A stretch of DNA of 64,000 nt from Eledone cirrhosa (lineage: Eukaryota): positions 236,096,001-236,160,000 of the forward strand of contig OZ024743.1 in assembly GCA_964016885.1 (NCBI GenBank), in the 5' to 3' direction. Shown piece after piece: positions 42,269 to 55,305 of this stretch. Each line of letters begins with the position of its first letter. Position 1 is the first letter of the stretch. Under the pieces are notes generated by a model, which was not told the DNA's origin, made no database searches, and saw only the letters and a list, made by a program, of their open reading frames with translations. A program made the position numbers and the translations under genes.

Positions 42269-43496
42269 GTAACTCCTGTCGTCTTAATGTTTAAAATAAG
42301 ATTGTCACTCAACACAGAAGGAGAATGTCCGTCATTCTCAGACATCTAATTTCACCCAGTTTTATTTGCTATATTTATTTTTAATAGGTCAACTCTTTCA
42401 TTCATCCAGGTTTCGATAAATACCAGTCATAATCTGTGGGTCAGTATAAACTATTCCAGCCCCACCCCACGGGAGAATTAATTCAATCCTTCGCGGTATC
42501 TGTTCTATATTCCACCGCGGTAAACTTTTCCTTTCACCCTTCTTGGGTTGATAAGATAAAGTACTCTCCACCCCCACCCACGCAATACCAATTTTTTACC
42601 CATATGTTATAAAATAGGATGGGTTGGGGTCCAATATGTAAACCAAATGACTAATTCTGGTTTTTTAAAAATCAACGGAGACAACCTAGAAAAATTACCG
42701 ATATTCCAAACCCCGCCTCCGCTTATTCTAACTACCCCCTATTATTTGCGAGCCGTTGGATTGGCAGTATCGGTAGAGGGTCGGACACCATGCTTTGCAA
42801 CATAGAGTTACGGCCCTTTACGGTTTGAGTTCAAATTCCGCCGAAGTTAACTTTGCCTTTCATCCTTACGGGGTCGATAAAATAAAGTACTGAGATAATT
42901 GTTGGCTTTGTGCCAAAAGTAGAAACAATTGTTTGGGACCCGAGAGTAGCAGTTAAGTACTCATTGTTGAGACCCATGGAGGACCCATCGTCATCAAGAT
43001 GTCGTTAGATGCCTTCTTCCCGATTTAGTGGAAGAAAACGGAAGTCCTGTGACGGAGGACAGCGGAAGTATTGGTGGCCACCACTATAAAAAGGTAACTG
43101 TCACTCAATACTTGGTATTTAGTCAATAATAAATGTGTCACATAAGAATTATACTTGTAATATATTGATGAGTGAAATAAAATTTTACAACTCGTCAAAT
43201 AAAAAAAAGTAGAAAAGATTCAACAAAAAGAATCAACCTATTCATTAATAAAACCTTTCATTCTTATTATCTTCTCAGTCTCCCCCCCCCCACACACACA
43301 CACTACTTCATTCTCCTGTCATAACTCACACTGTCTCTTTATCACGATAGGTAAGTACCACTTATATATACATATGTGTGTGTATATATATATATGTGCG
43401 TATATAAATAAACGGAAAAAATGAAACGAAATTTCAATTCCCACTCTTAAGGAAAGTATATACTTTCGGACGTTCAACTATCCGGCAGGAAGGTAT

Positions 43497-43539
43497 ACGT
43501 TGCTGACGATAGCTAACAAGCTTGAAACTAGTACAGCGT
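43497..43539 (+). ncRNA. Minimal type-I hammerhead ribozyme motif, intact core
   Basis: acgttg-CTGACGA-t-agct-aaca-agct-t-GAAA-ctag-TA-cagcgt; sister copy at 57459-57501(-) has stem I cgatg/catcg and GAAA mutated to TAAA. Confidence 0.82.
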
Positions 43540-43881
43540 TCCTTTGTCAGTGTTGAACAAACGAGCAACGGTGGTTGCTAGACACTACAGCTTAATACGG
43601 GATGTTTGTTGACAAACACACCGAGCATTATAATATATGTTTGGTGAATCCATACGTACATATATATATATGTGTGGATGTATGTATATATATATACATA
43701 CAACTGTACGTATATATATATATGTATGTACGTATACATACTTATATGTATATATATATAGAGAGAGAGAGAGAGAGAAAGAGAGGTAGAACACTGGAAG
43801 GTAATATCTGTAATGGTAGAGCACTCAGTCCATGGGACGAGTTTGGTAGAAGTGGTAACACAACAGTTAGTTCACCATACT

Positions 43882-43917
43882 GAGAACAATTGTTTCACCT
43901 TAACGGATCCTCAGCTC
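43882..43917 (-). ncRNA. Minimal type-I hammerhead ribozyme motif, intact core
   Basis: Minus strand: gag-CTGAGGA-tcc-gttaa-ggt-GAAA-caattg-TT-ctc; degenerate relatives (cagaagatcccgttaagggtgaaa) at ~1846 and ~27423. Confidence 0.78.
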
Positions 43918-43927
43918 GTAATGGACC

Positions 43928-43990
<63 letters not shown>

Positions 43991-44181
43991 TTATAAAAAA
44001 ATACATTGACAACAGCTGGTGATATATATGTAAGTAAATATTTTCCTTATCTGATATTTTGTAACTAACCTTACATAGATCGATAACGAAGTATGGTTAC
44101 GATGTATTATCATCACCTAGAAACGATTGTAAAGTAGTGAAGTATATTTCTAATGACTTGATTTTTTATTTCATTGTTTTA

Positions 44182-44245
<64 letters not shown>

Positions 44246-44869
44246 AAAGTAAACAACAACAAGGAGTACAGTTACGAAAGGTGTTAGGTATTAGGTTCAC
44301 GCTTGAGAGTGTGTGTGGGTGGGTGGGGGTATATATATATATATATGATGGCTGCAAACTCTGCTAAGAGTATTGCAATCGCTTGTCAGATTACAAAAAA
44401 TGGTACACTTTTAGACTACGGCCACTCGCACAAACCTGTAACATATCCTGAACAAGCAATGACTGTGCTTTGAAGGTTTTTAAGAGGGGAAAGGCCTTGC
44501 ACTCGACTAATCCCACTTTATGAGCATCGGAGACACTACCCGAAAAGGAGAACTGGTCAACATCATAGGATGCTTCCGAAGCCACAGGTTCTTTTTTCAG
44601 AGTTTCCCTCTCCTAGAAAGGTGTTTTGACAACTGGGGGCCTTTCACTCCCAGGTGAAAAAAGTACTATTTGGATAGCCGTTGGCTCTGCTGAGTTCCTC
44701 CGCCCATTGCTGGGTCTTGTATTTCATCCCGCCGGGTGTCCAAATATTACCCTCCTCACCAAGCAAGCTTGGTGGGGTTGCCGGTTTAGTCGCCGACGAC
44801 CTGATCACGAGACAGGTTGTACTGGGTTACATGTTGCCAGTAGCACTCGAGAGCAACCTGACATGTATA

Positions 44870-45858
44870 TATATATATATAAAATAGACTATGTGTGTGT
44901 GTCTGTTTCCACAAAACTTCTACAACTTGCAACCGATTTTCTTCAGATTTGGCACAAACATGCGTTATGCTCCTGACCTTCGTACGAACTCCTTACATTT
45001 TCAAATGTGTGTCTACTGCGCCCTCTATAAGAGAAAAACCGACTCAAAAAAATCATTTTTGTCAATAACTTCTACAGTTTGCATCCGATTTCCTTCAAAT
45101 TTGGAACAAACATACCTTATGTTCCCCACTTTATTTTGGATTCATAACATTTTGTTTAGTGCATCCCACTGGACCAGAAAAAAAAACGAATCGAAAAAAT
45201 CCACATCGTTATAACGCCTAAAGTTTGCGACCAATTTCCTTCAAATTTGAAACAACCATGCCTCATGTACCAAACACTATTTTGGACTAGCCGATTTTTC
45301 GAGTTTTTATCTAGTTCGGGGCCTGTGTGAGAAAAACTAAATTTAAAAAAGTATCAACGTCAATAACTTCTACAAATTTGCACCAATTATGCATTGTGTT
45401 CCGTTTAATACGTTTTACTCATAAAGGTTTAGTTGTTCTGCCTACTGTAGCTCATAACAGCGGAAAATCAATTCAAACGGCCACCTTAATTGCATGGTTT
45501 ACTGCTTGGTCCATGCGGGTTTATCGATTTTTCCCCACTGGCATAACACGCGATGCACAGATGTTTAGTGTAAAGGGCGCATTTCATAAGACATCGGTTG
45601 TGCCAGAAAAAGCTTAATTGGTGAAAAAGAGTCAGAACGGATCTATTGAAAAAGTCTCCGCCAACGATTAGCAACAATAACACCGGGTGTTACGGGTTTG
45701 TTTTTTTTCACCAAAGAAGTAAGGCAAAAACTACAACCTATGTCTCCGCTCCATGTGCGCAACTCACAATCATATTTGATTTTTTATTTAGACGTGTTAC
45801 TGCACTTTTGAAGTTTAATTTTTCCAATCCCATGCAACTCTGGGCTCCACTGCTATAT
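44870..45858 (+). mobile_element. Non-autonomous Helitron-like element
   Basis: Starts tatatataaaa + gtgt/ctgt; internal ccgattttcttcaaatttgg subrepeats; ends ccca-tgcaactc-tggg hairpin then ctgcta. Confidence 0.6.
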
Positions 45859-45876
45859 ATATATATGTGCGCGCGC

Positions 45877-45946
<70 letters not shown>

Positions 45947-46010
45947 ACGTGTGTGTGTGTGCGCGTATGTAGATATATGTATATATATGTGTGTGTGTGC
46001 GTGTGTGTAT

Positions 46011-46041
<31 letters not shown>

Positions 46042-46184
46042 CTTAGGTTAATAGGAGTTAGGTATTGTATACCCGTGTCCCATTAAGGTATTGGCAGCAT
46101 AATAATTAGCTCTATGCTTTGGAGCAGAGCCGTATATATGATAAAGAACACAAGAGCGTCTACAACATCAACAGATTTTTATTG

Positions 46185-46229
46185 GCTTACAATGTTTCTT
46201 CCTTACGTAGCCGTAGGATTCGTCAGAGC
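46185..46229 (-). ncRNA. Type-I hammerhead motif, left arm
   Basis: Reverse complement of 50932-50976 with one change in the stem II loop. Confidence 0.75.
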
Positions 46230-48313
46230 TATAAAAGGGGTTTGATTGGTGTTATGGACTCTACCAGCCAAACATTCAAGAACAAAGGGTAAAGAGAGTA
46301 AAGAGCAAAAGTAGGGGACGATAAGTCTAATTTTGGTGCGGGAGGCTGGGGTGTGGGTCCTTGTTTACTAGCTGCGGTCATATTCATTCCCGGGAGTCGA
46401 GTGGTTAGCTGAACCATAGATGGGGTGGCGTCGATAGTATGGTGCAGAGGGTGTGCAGAGGCTACACAAACACAAAGGGCATACAATATATATATATATA
46501 TAACGGAGGAGAAAGTACATGAGGTAATTAGAAATGGAAAAAGAGTAATAATAATAATCTATAATTAATAATGTATAATAAGGCATGGGGAAGATTACAC
46601 TATAATAAGGTATAAAAGTAAGAATAAGGTAAAATATAAAGGAGGATAAAAGTGGAAATAATAAAGATAAAAAATATATATGTAAAAAAACATATAGAGA
46701 ATATATAAAGAAATATAAGCGAGTATTTGGAGGGGAAAACACAATGTAAAAAAAACCGATTTTTTCAAATAAAAATAAAAATATTATAATTATGGGGGGA
46801 GAAAACGGGATAGAGAAATATGATCAAATGTGATTAGTTGAGAGAATATAAGATGATAATAGTTATGTCAAGTTTATACATCTTAATAATAAATAATCTG
46901 TGTATCAGAGTTACAGAACCTTCAATTCACTTACAGGTTCAAGCCACGTGGCATAGTCCATTGTTTATCTGTGCGGTTATGCGCGTTTGTTTTTGACACC
47001 ACAGCAGATGCACAAGTTCGTAAATTCCAATGCAGGTAGAAATCTATTTTTGCTCACCCGGACATTGACGGAGGATCCAATATTCCTAGTTCAATTTGTG
47101 TGTGGTGTTATTTTGGTCGCACAAATCAATCACTTGGTTCAATATTATGGAGTATAGTTTTCTGGTCTTTGTAACAGTGTCAGTGGTTGTATATCTCGAA
47201 ATCACCAGGATCACAGTACTCCGGTTTAGTGTGATTATCGGTCATCCAGCTATGTTGTTGGTGGTTGGATTCAATTCTATTGCCCCGAACGTAGAACTAT
47301 GGTGTCGATAGAACATTAACGAGGCAGGGTGAGATCGCATCTGTGGTACAAAACGGTACACAAGGAAATTCTTCGTCTTCGTTTCATCCGGGTCCAGCAG
47401 TCACGTGCAATAACCGCTACGTAGTAATTGTGGGGTTAATCGGTCAAGTCAGCAACTGACCGAAAATTCTCTTAGGAATTCAGACAGGCATGACAGGCAC
47501 ATTTAGGTCAGCAGCTTCTTTATGTGTACGTGTGTCCGACACACACAGACACACATTTATATGTATTTCAACTCAAAAAACTCAATTGATTCACCCACTG
47601 ATACTACGATCGGTCAAGACAGCAACTGGCCGAAAATTCTCTTAGGAATTCAGACAGGCATGACAGGTACATTTAGGTCAGCAGCTTCTTTATGTGTACG
47701 TGTGTCCGATACACACAGACACATATCCATATGTATTTCAACTCAAAAAATTCAGTTGATTCGCCTATTGATATTATATCTGTGTTGCTCCGATGTGCAT
47801 GTTGTGGTGTTCTGGTCGTGCATAGCATTCACTGTGTTTTGCCATTACCTTGGAATGTGATGTTATGGTCATCAATAGTCCGGCAAGCGCATTTCTCTCT
47901 TATATTGCGGAGAATGGTGTTCCGGTCCTCAGTAAACATTTGGGTCAGCAGGAGGGGTGGTGGTTCACAGTTTCAACTTCGACAATACATATGTGTTACT
48001 CTACATATCGTGCTCCTCTCAAAGAAGAGTATTATAGGAGGAATTCATGCCAAACACCACATATAGAGAGGATTTCTACAGAAAAGTATACATACATATA
48101 CACATATATAGACACATCATACACACACACATACACATACACACACATACGCATACATACATATATTCACATACATGTCACATATACACATACACACAAT
48201 ATAATACGCATGCATACAATATACATATATATATATATATATACAACATAGATGCATACAATGCACGCACACATGCATGCATGCATGCACACACGTACGC
48301 ACACACACATACA

Positions 48314-48640
48314 TATATAGGAGCAACGTCCAATATATTTAAAACTAGATTTAACGCGCATATGTACACATTTAGGCACGATAGACATAAGAATGCCACC
48401 TCACTGGCGGTATACATCTCCTTTTTAAAAAATAATAGTACCCCATACAAACTTTTTGGGAGGAAGCTTACTAGATCCACGCCATACCGACCGCAGAGCG
48501 GAAGTTGTGACCTGTGTTTACTGGAATGCCATGCCATAATACACTCTAAACTGAACCTGCTTAACAGGAAATCGGAAATTTTCTCCTCTTGCCAACACAA
48601 AATACTGAGTTCCTTCTTCTATTTTAAACCTAGCACATAG
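48314..48640 (+). pseudogene. PLE GIY-YIG endonuclease C-terminal fragment
   Basis: YIGATSNIFKTRFNAH...ATSLA...CDLCLLE...LLNRKSEIFSSCQHK, homologous to 33253-33879. Confidence 0.85.
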
Positions 48641-48904
48641 ACGTAACATATATCACGCAACCCCCACCTAGACTATAGATCAACCCCTCCCCCCAACCTG
48701 TAACCCAGATAGATAGGTACCCTAAGGGTGGAACAGTCCCCTACAAGGTTGGTGTTTTCGCGCGTGTGTGTATGTGTGTGTATGTGTGTGTGTGTGTGTA
48801 TTCTCCTTTTCTCTCTCACACACACACACACACAGACATATGTATGTGTGTGTGCGTACGTGTGTGCATGCATGCATGTGTGCGTGCATTGTATGCATCT
48901 ATGT

Positions 48905-48943
<39 letters not shown>

Positions 48944-50931
48944 TGTATGCATGCGTATTATATTGTGTGTATGTGTATATGTGACATGTATGTGAATATA
49001 TGTATGTATGCGTATGTGTGTGTATGTGTATGTGTGTGTGTATGATGTGTCTATATATGTGTATATGTATGTATACTTTTCTGTAGAAATCCTCTCTATA
49101 TGTGGTGTTTGGCATGAATTCCTCCTATAATACTCTTCTTTGAGAGGAGCACGATATGTAGAGTAACACATATGTATTGTCGAAGTTGAAACTGTGAACC
49201 ACCACCCCTCCTGCTGACCCAAATGTTTACTGAGGACCGGAACACCATTCTCCGCAATATAAGAGAGAAATGCGCTTGCCGGACTATTGATGACCATAAC
49301 ATCACATTCCAAGGTAATGGCAAAACACAGTGAATGCTATGCACGACCAGAACACCACAACATGCACATCGGAGCAACACAGATATAATATCAATAGGCG
49401 AATCAACTGAATTTTTTGAGTTGAAATACATATGGATATGTGTCTGTGTGTATCGGACACACGTACACATAAAGAAGCTGCTGACCTAAATGTACCTGTC
49501 ATGCCTGTCTGAATTCCTAAGGGAATTTTCGGCCAGTTGCTGTCTTGACCGATCGTAGTATCAGTGGGTGAATCAATTGAGTTTTTTGAGTTGAAATACA
49601 TATAAATGTGTGTCTGTGTGTGTCGGACACACGTACACATAAAGAAGCTGCTGACCTAAATGTGCCTGTCATGCCTGTCTGAATTCCTAAGAGAATTTTC
49701 GGTCAGTTGCTGACTTGACCCATTAACCCCACAATTACTACGTAGCGGTTATTGCACGTGACTGCTGGACCCGGATCAAACGAAGACGAAGAATTTCCTT
49801 GTATACCGTTTTGTACCACAGATGCGATCTCACCCTGCCTCGTTAATGTTCTATCGACACCATAGTTCTACGTTCGGGGCAATAGAATTGAATCCAACCA
49901 CCAACAACATAGCTGGATGACCGATAATCACACTAAACCGGAGTACTGTGATCCTGGTGATTTCGAGATATACAACCACTGACACTGTTACAAAGACCAG
50001 AAAACTATACTCCATAATATTGAACCAAGTGATTGATTTGTGCGACCAAAATAACACCACACACAAATTGAACTAGGAATATTGGATCCTCCGTCAATGT
50101 CCGGGTGAGCAAAAATAGATTTCTACCTGCATTGGAATTTACGAACTTGTGCATCTGCTGTGGTGTCAAAAACAAACGCGCATAACCGCACAGATAAACA
50201 ATGGACTATGCCACGTGGCTTGAACCTGTAAGTGAATTGAAGGTTCTGTAACTCTGATACACAGATTATTTATTATTAAGATGTATAAACTTGACATAAC
50301 TATTATCATCTTATATTCTCTCAACTAATCACATTTGATCATATTTCTCTATCCCGTTTTCTCCCCCCATAATTATAATATTTTTATTTTTATTTGAAAA
50401 AATCGGTTTTTTTTACATTGTGTTTTCCCCTCCAAATACTCGCTTATATTTCTTTATATATTCTCTATATGTTTTTTTACATATATATTTTTTATCTTTA
50501 TTATTTCCACTTTTATCCTCCTTTATATTTTACCTTATTCTTACTTTATACCTTATTATAGTGTACTCTTCCCCATGCCTTATTATACATTATTAATTAT
50601 AGATTATTATTATTACTCTTTTTCCATTTCTAATTACCTCATGTACTTTCTCCTCCGTTATATATATATATATATTGTATGCCCTTTGTGTTTGTGTAGC
50701 CTCTGCACACCCTCTGCACCATACTATCGACGCCACCCCATCTATGGTTCAGCTAACCACTCGACTCCCGGGAATGAATATGACCGCAGCTAGTAAACAA
50801 GGACCCACACCCCAGCCTCCCGCACCAAAATTAGACTTATCGTCCCCTACTTTTGCTCTTTACTCTCTTTACCCTTTGTTCTTGAATGTTTGGCTGGTAG
50901 AGTCCATAACACCAATCAAACCCCTTTTATA

Positions 50932-50976
50932 GCTCTGACGAATCCTACGGTTACGTAAGGAAGAAACATTGTAAGC
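50932..50976 (+). ncRNA. Type-I hammerhead motif, right arm
   Basis: gct-CTGACGA-atcctacg-gtta-cgtaaggaa-GAAA-cattg-TA-agc, about 50 nt from the (TA)n edge. Confidence 0.78.
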
Positions 50977-51914
50977 CAATAAAAATCTTTTGATGTTGTA
51001 GACGCTCTTGTGTTCTTTATCATATATATATATATATATAGCGGGCGGAACCACCGAAGCCGTTGTTTATGATTTCCATAGTAAGCTATGTACCGGAGAC
51101 GAATTAGTATTAATAAGTTAACCATAACATACAGTTGTACTTATTTACTATAGTTATGAATCGTTATTATAAACAAATAAGTTTGGTTGGCTGGGCGCAT
51201 ACATGAGTGCATATATACATACATACGCATACATATAGGTACATTACATACATATAAATACATATACATTCACATGAATACATGAGTGCATACATACATA
51301 TATAGATTTACATAAATACATACGTACGCACATATATACATATATATATATACACACAGACACAGACACACACATGCATAATAACGTAAGTACATACATA
51401 CATATATACACATATACATGGTGGCTGCCAACTCGTTTTCGAGTACGGCCTCTACATTATATCCATGTAGGAGAACCCCTACCGATGCGCTGAACGAGTG
51501 TGACTTTTTAGTCCAGCCAGCGACTTGAAAACTCTGGTACAAACACTACACCTGTCACAATTATTGTCACATAGTGCTGGGCCCATGGTACCATGTGACG
51601 ACAAGTGCAGAGAGATCTCCAGATATAAAGCAATGCCTGTGCTGTGAAGCTTTTATAGTGAGCAAAGGCACTTCACAAAGCCAGTCCCACTCTCTTGACC
51701 AAGATGATATTTACCAAAAAGAAGAACAAGTCAACATCATTGGATACCATCAGGGTTGCAGGTGTTATATCAGAGTTTTCCTTCTCCTAGAATTCTGCTT
51801 TGACAAAGCCTAAGGGGTCATCTCTCCCGGATGATATATACATACATACACACATACATACACACATACATACATACGCACATACATACACACATACATA
51901 CACACATAAATATA

Positions 51915-54900
51915 TAATAATCGAAGAAATATTAATAATAATCGAAGAAATTTGACACCACGTGTACCATCCGAGTCTACCTCGATTGTTGTGGAAATAC
52001 TATCGATAATGATAATCAAAAGTATAAACAATTGAAATTTTCCCCCAACGAAATCTTCCAGAGAGAAATTAATTCATGTATAAATATCTCTCTTGCTGAA
52101 CGTATTAAAACGACAATGTTTAATAAAAAAAAACAAATAATGAAATACTACGTGTTATTGACGAAATAGGGGATGAATATTTACGACGGATAAAAACCCC
52201 AAAATGTTGGCACATCAACGCCTGTTTATATGCCTTAGCAACGACAGTTAAGCATTATCTTGGTGATAGCAGAGATATTAACAAGAACAGAACACCACCA
52301 AAAATACCATCATATATAACTAAAATAGAAAAAAAGAGTGCTGACCTACGAAAAAACATAGGACATGTGACAATGCTCCTTATATGCAGACAAACACAAA
52401 AAACCTCACTCCTCACCAACAAAGAGTGAAAAATGAAATAGAGACGATATTTGGTAACAGTAGAACCAGAACTCTCCAATATAAGCTGATCACCCTCAAA
52501 CAAGAATTGAGACCTGTTAGCGAAAAACGCCGATACCTGAAGAAGGTAAATGAGAGAAAAATGCTTAATAAAAGATTCAGACGAAACCAAACATCAGTCT
52601 ATAGAGATATGAAGGGCAAAATAATAAGTGTCACTGAGGCCCCATCCCAGAAAGACATAGATTCCTTTTGGAGAAAAATATGGGGTGAAAAGAAGAATTT
52701 CAACCAAGATGAAGTGTGGCTAAGAGAAATGTGAAATAACTATTGCTCCTACACTACAACAAAAACATACGAAATAAATGAGGGTACCCTTGAGACTGTG
52801 ATAGGAAAACTTCAAAATAAGAAAACACCAGGAAGAGACATGATTGTCGGCTACTGTTACAAAAAACTGATATTCTATATGAGGTATCTTACTGACCTCT
52901 ACCAACAAGTTCTTAAGGGAGATACACTTATACCAGAATGGTTGACATTAGCACAAACGTTACTGGTCCCCAAGAACAAAGACAGCCACTTGGCAAAAAA
53001 CTACCGACCCATTGCATGCCAGAACCTGATATATAAGATGTATACAGCCTGTCTGAACCTATTCCTCCAAGATCACTGTGAAAATAATAACATCATCACA
53101 GATGAACAAGCAGTTGGAAAGAAAGGGGTTTGGGGATGTGCAGAACAACTCCTAATTAACAAAACTGCGATGTCGGAGGTGCGACAACTTAGGAGGAATA
53201 TGACTACAGTCTGACTGGACTACAGGAAAGCTTTCGATTCTGTTCCCCACTCTTGAATGATAGAGGCCCTCCAACTTGCTAAAGTCCCAGACATTATTGT
53301 CACAGCCATAGAGAAGCTGTCTTCTTCTTGGGCTACTATCCTAAGGTTAAAACCAGAGAGAAAGGACTCTATTTTCACTGATAAAATAAAATATTGCAGG
53401 GGTATATTTCAGGGGGACAGTCTCTCTGTGATATTGTTTATCTTGTCATTAAACCCCTTGTCCTTTCTGCTCAAGAAATGTGAGGGATACATCATTGGCT
53501 CACAGGAGGACAGAAATACGAACCTAACCCATCATTTCTTTGTGGACGATCTGAAACTCTATGCCAAAAACATGGATGGGATGAAGAAAAATCTTGACCT
53601 GGTTACAACGTTCTCAAAGGATATAGGAATGGAGTTTGGCCAAGATAAATGCTCATACATGACTGTAAAGCGAGGAAAAACAACAATCCAATCTAGCAAC
53701 ATTGTTATCAATGACCTAACTGTTTCACCGATATCTGACGAGGACTGCTACAGATACCTGGGGATAGATGAGAACATATCCTATAATGGTATCTGTAATA
53801 AGGAACGCGTAACTAGGGAATACTACACCCGATTAAGAAAGATCTGGTCATCGGAAATCTCTGCGCAAAACAAAACAGTGGCTCACAATGTGTTTGCTGT
53901 GCCTGTCATAACACCAACTTTTGGAATACTCAATTGGACGATAGACGAAATCCGAGCAGTTGATGTTGGAACTCGAAAAATACTAAACAACACCGGAAAC
54001 TTCCACATCAACAGTGACATAGACCGCCTTTACTTGAAACGTAAGCAGGGAGGCAGAGGCCTAACATCAGTCCAAACAACATTTGAATGTCGCATCATAT
54101 CTCTCCGACAACATCTACGAACCTCGAAGCGTAGGAGCCCGTTTCTCGAGCAAGTCTATCTGCATGAAACATAAGATCATGAGAGTTGGGAAGGAACTCC
54201 TCGAGAGATATTTCCTGTGTGATAATCAAAAACTCACACCCAGGAAAGTCGCTCAGCAGTATCGCAGTAAATCCATGGATGAAAAACTGCATGCCTATCA
54301 GCAAAAAATCATGCATGGATATGTTGCCAGGAAGCTCCAGAGTGAGAGTAATATAGATAAGGAAAGTAGTCTATCTTGGACCAACAACCGCTATATTGTT
54401 TCCCACTTTGAAGGATACGCTTTTGCAATCCAAGAACAGGAGATTAGCACGAAATACCTGATTCACAAAAGAGATAGGGATGCAGGCAAAACACCTAGAT
54501 GTGATAACAAGTGCAGACTCTGCAGAACTAACATCGAGGATTTCACCCATGTCATCAGCAGCTGTCCAAAGATGTCATCGCGGTACTATCTACCTATGAA
54601 GCATGATGTAGTGACCAAAACATTGTACAATGCAGTTCGTAAAAAAGATAGCCCCGATAATAAACACATTAAAAGCTACAGCAATGTGGAAGTCATCCAT
54701 GTACATAATAATGAAAGAGTACTGGTGGAATGTTCCACTAAAAACCTCAATAAAATGCAGACATAAGAGACCAGATATTATGATATGGGAGAAGAAAACA
54801 TGCACAGTAGTGGAAATTAGCTGCCCAGCAGATGCCAATATAATATCAAAGATTAGTGAAAAGGAGAATATTTATGCAAAACTGATGAGAAATCTGCAGA

Positions 54901-55305
54901 TACTCCACCCTGATTACACCTTGAGATTTATGCCTGTGATTATTGGGGCACTGGGGTATGTTAGTAACTGCCTCATTACAAATCTTGAGAAGCTAGGCTT
55001 CACAGGAACAGAAAGAACACAACTAGTTAGGAAATTACAAGTACAATCCATTAATGGAACAGTAAAAATATGTAAAACATTCCAAAAATTGTGCATCTAA
55101 TAACTGCATATACACATGTACAGATGCAAAGCATATACACATGCACACATACAACTCAAAACATCCACATCCACACATACAATAACATCCATATCTACAC
55201 ATGCATGCATACATACATATCTACCTAGTTGTTGTTGTGTAAATTCCAATGAGAGAGTCTTGTGTCTATGTTAGTAAAACTTTGTGAAATTATAAAACCA
55301 GAACA
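51915..55305 (+). mobile_element. R4/Dong-like non-LTR retrotransposon (RT + restriction-like endonuclease), disrupted
   Basis: NYRPIAC, RGIFQGDSLS, FVDDLKLY, YRYLG RT motifs; CRLC..H...C knuckle; RPDI..VEISCP..KEN.Y REL motif; several stops and frameshifts. Confidence 0.9.

Larger units (their letters stand above)
46133..51028. repeat. Giant inverted repeat: ~2.19-kb arms (46133-48316, 48838-51028) and ~520-bp spacer
   Basis: Mirror-image identical ORFs (46229-46486 - / 50675-50932 +; 47096-47311 + / 49851-50066 -; 47692-48066 + / 49096-49470 -); only scattered substitutions. Confidence 0.95.

Noticed and set aside
41664-42345. Poly-K, poly-R and poly-S ORFs
   Set aside because: (GAA)n microsatellite.
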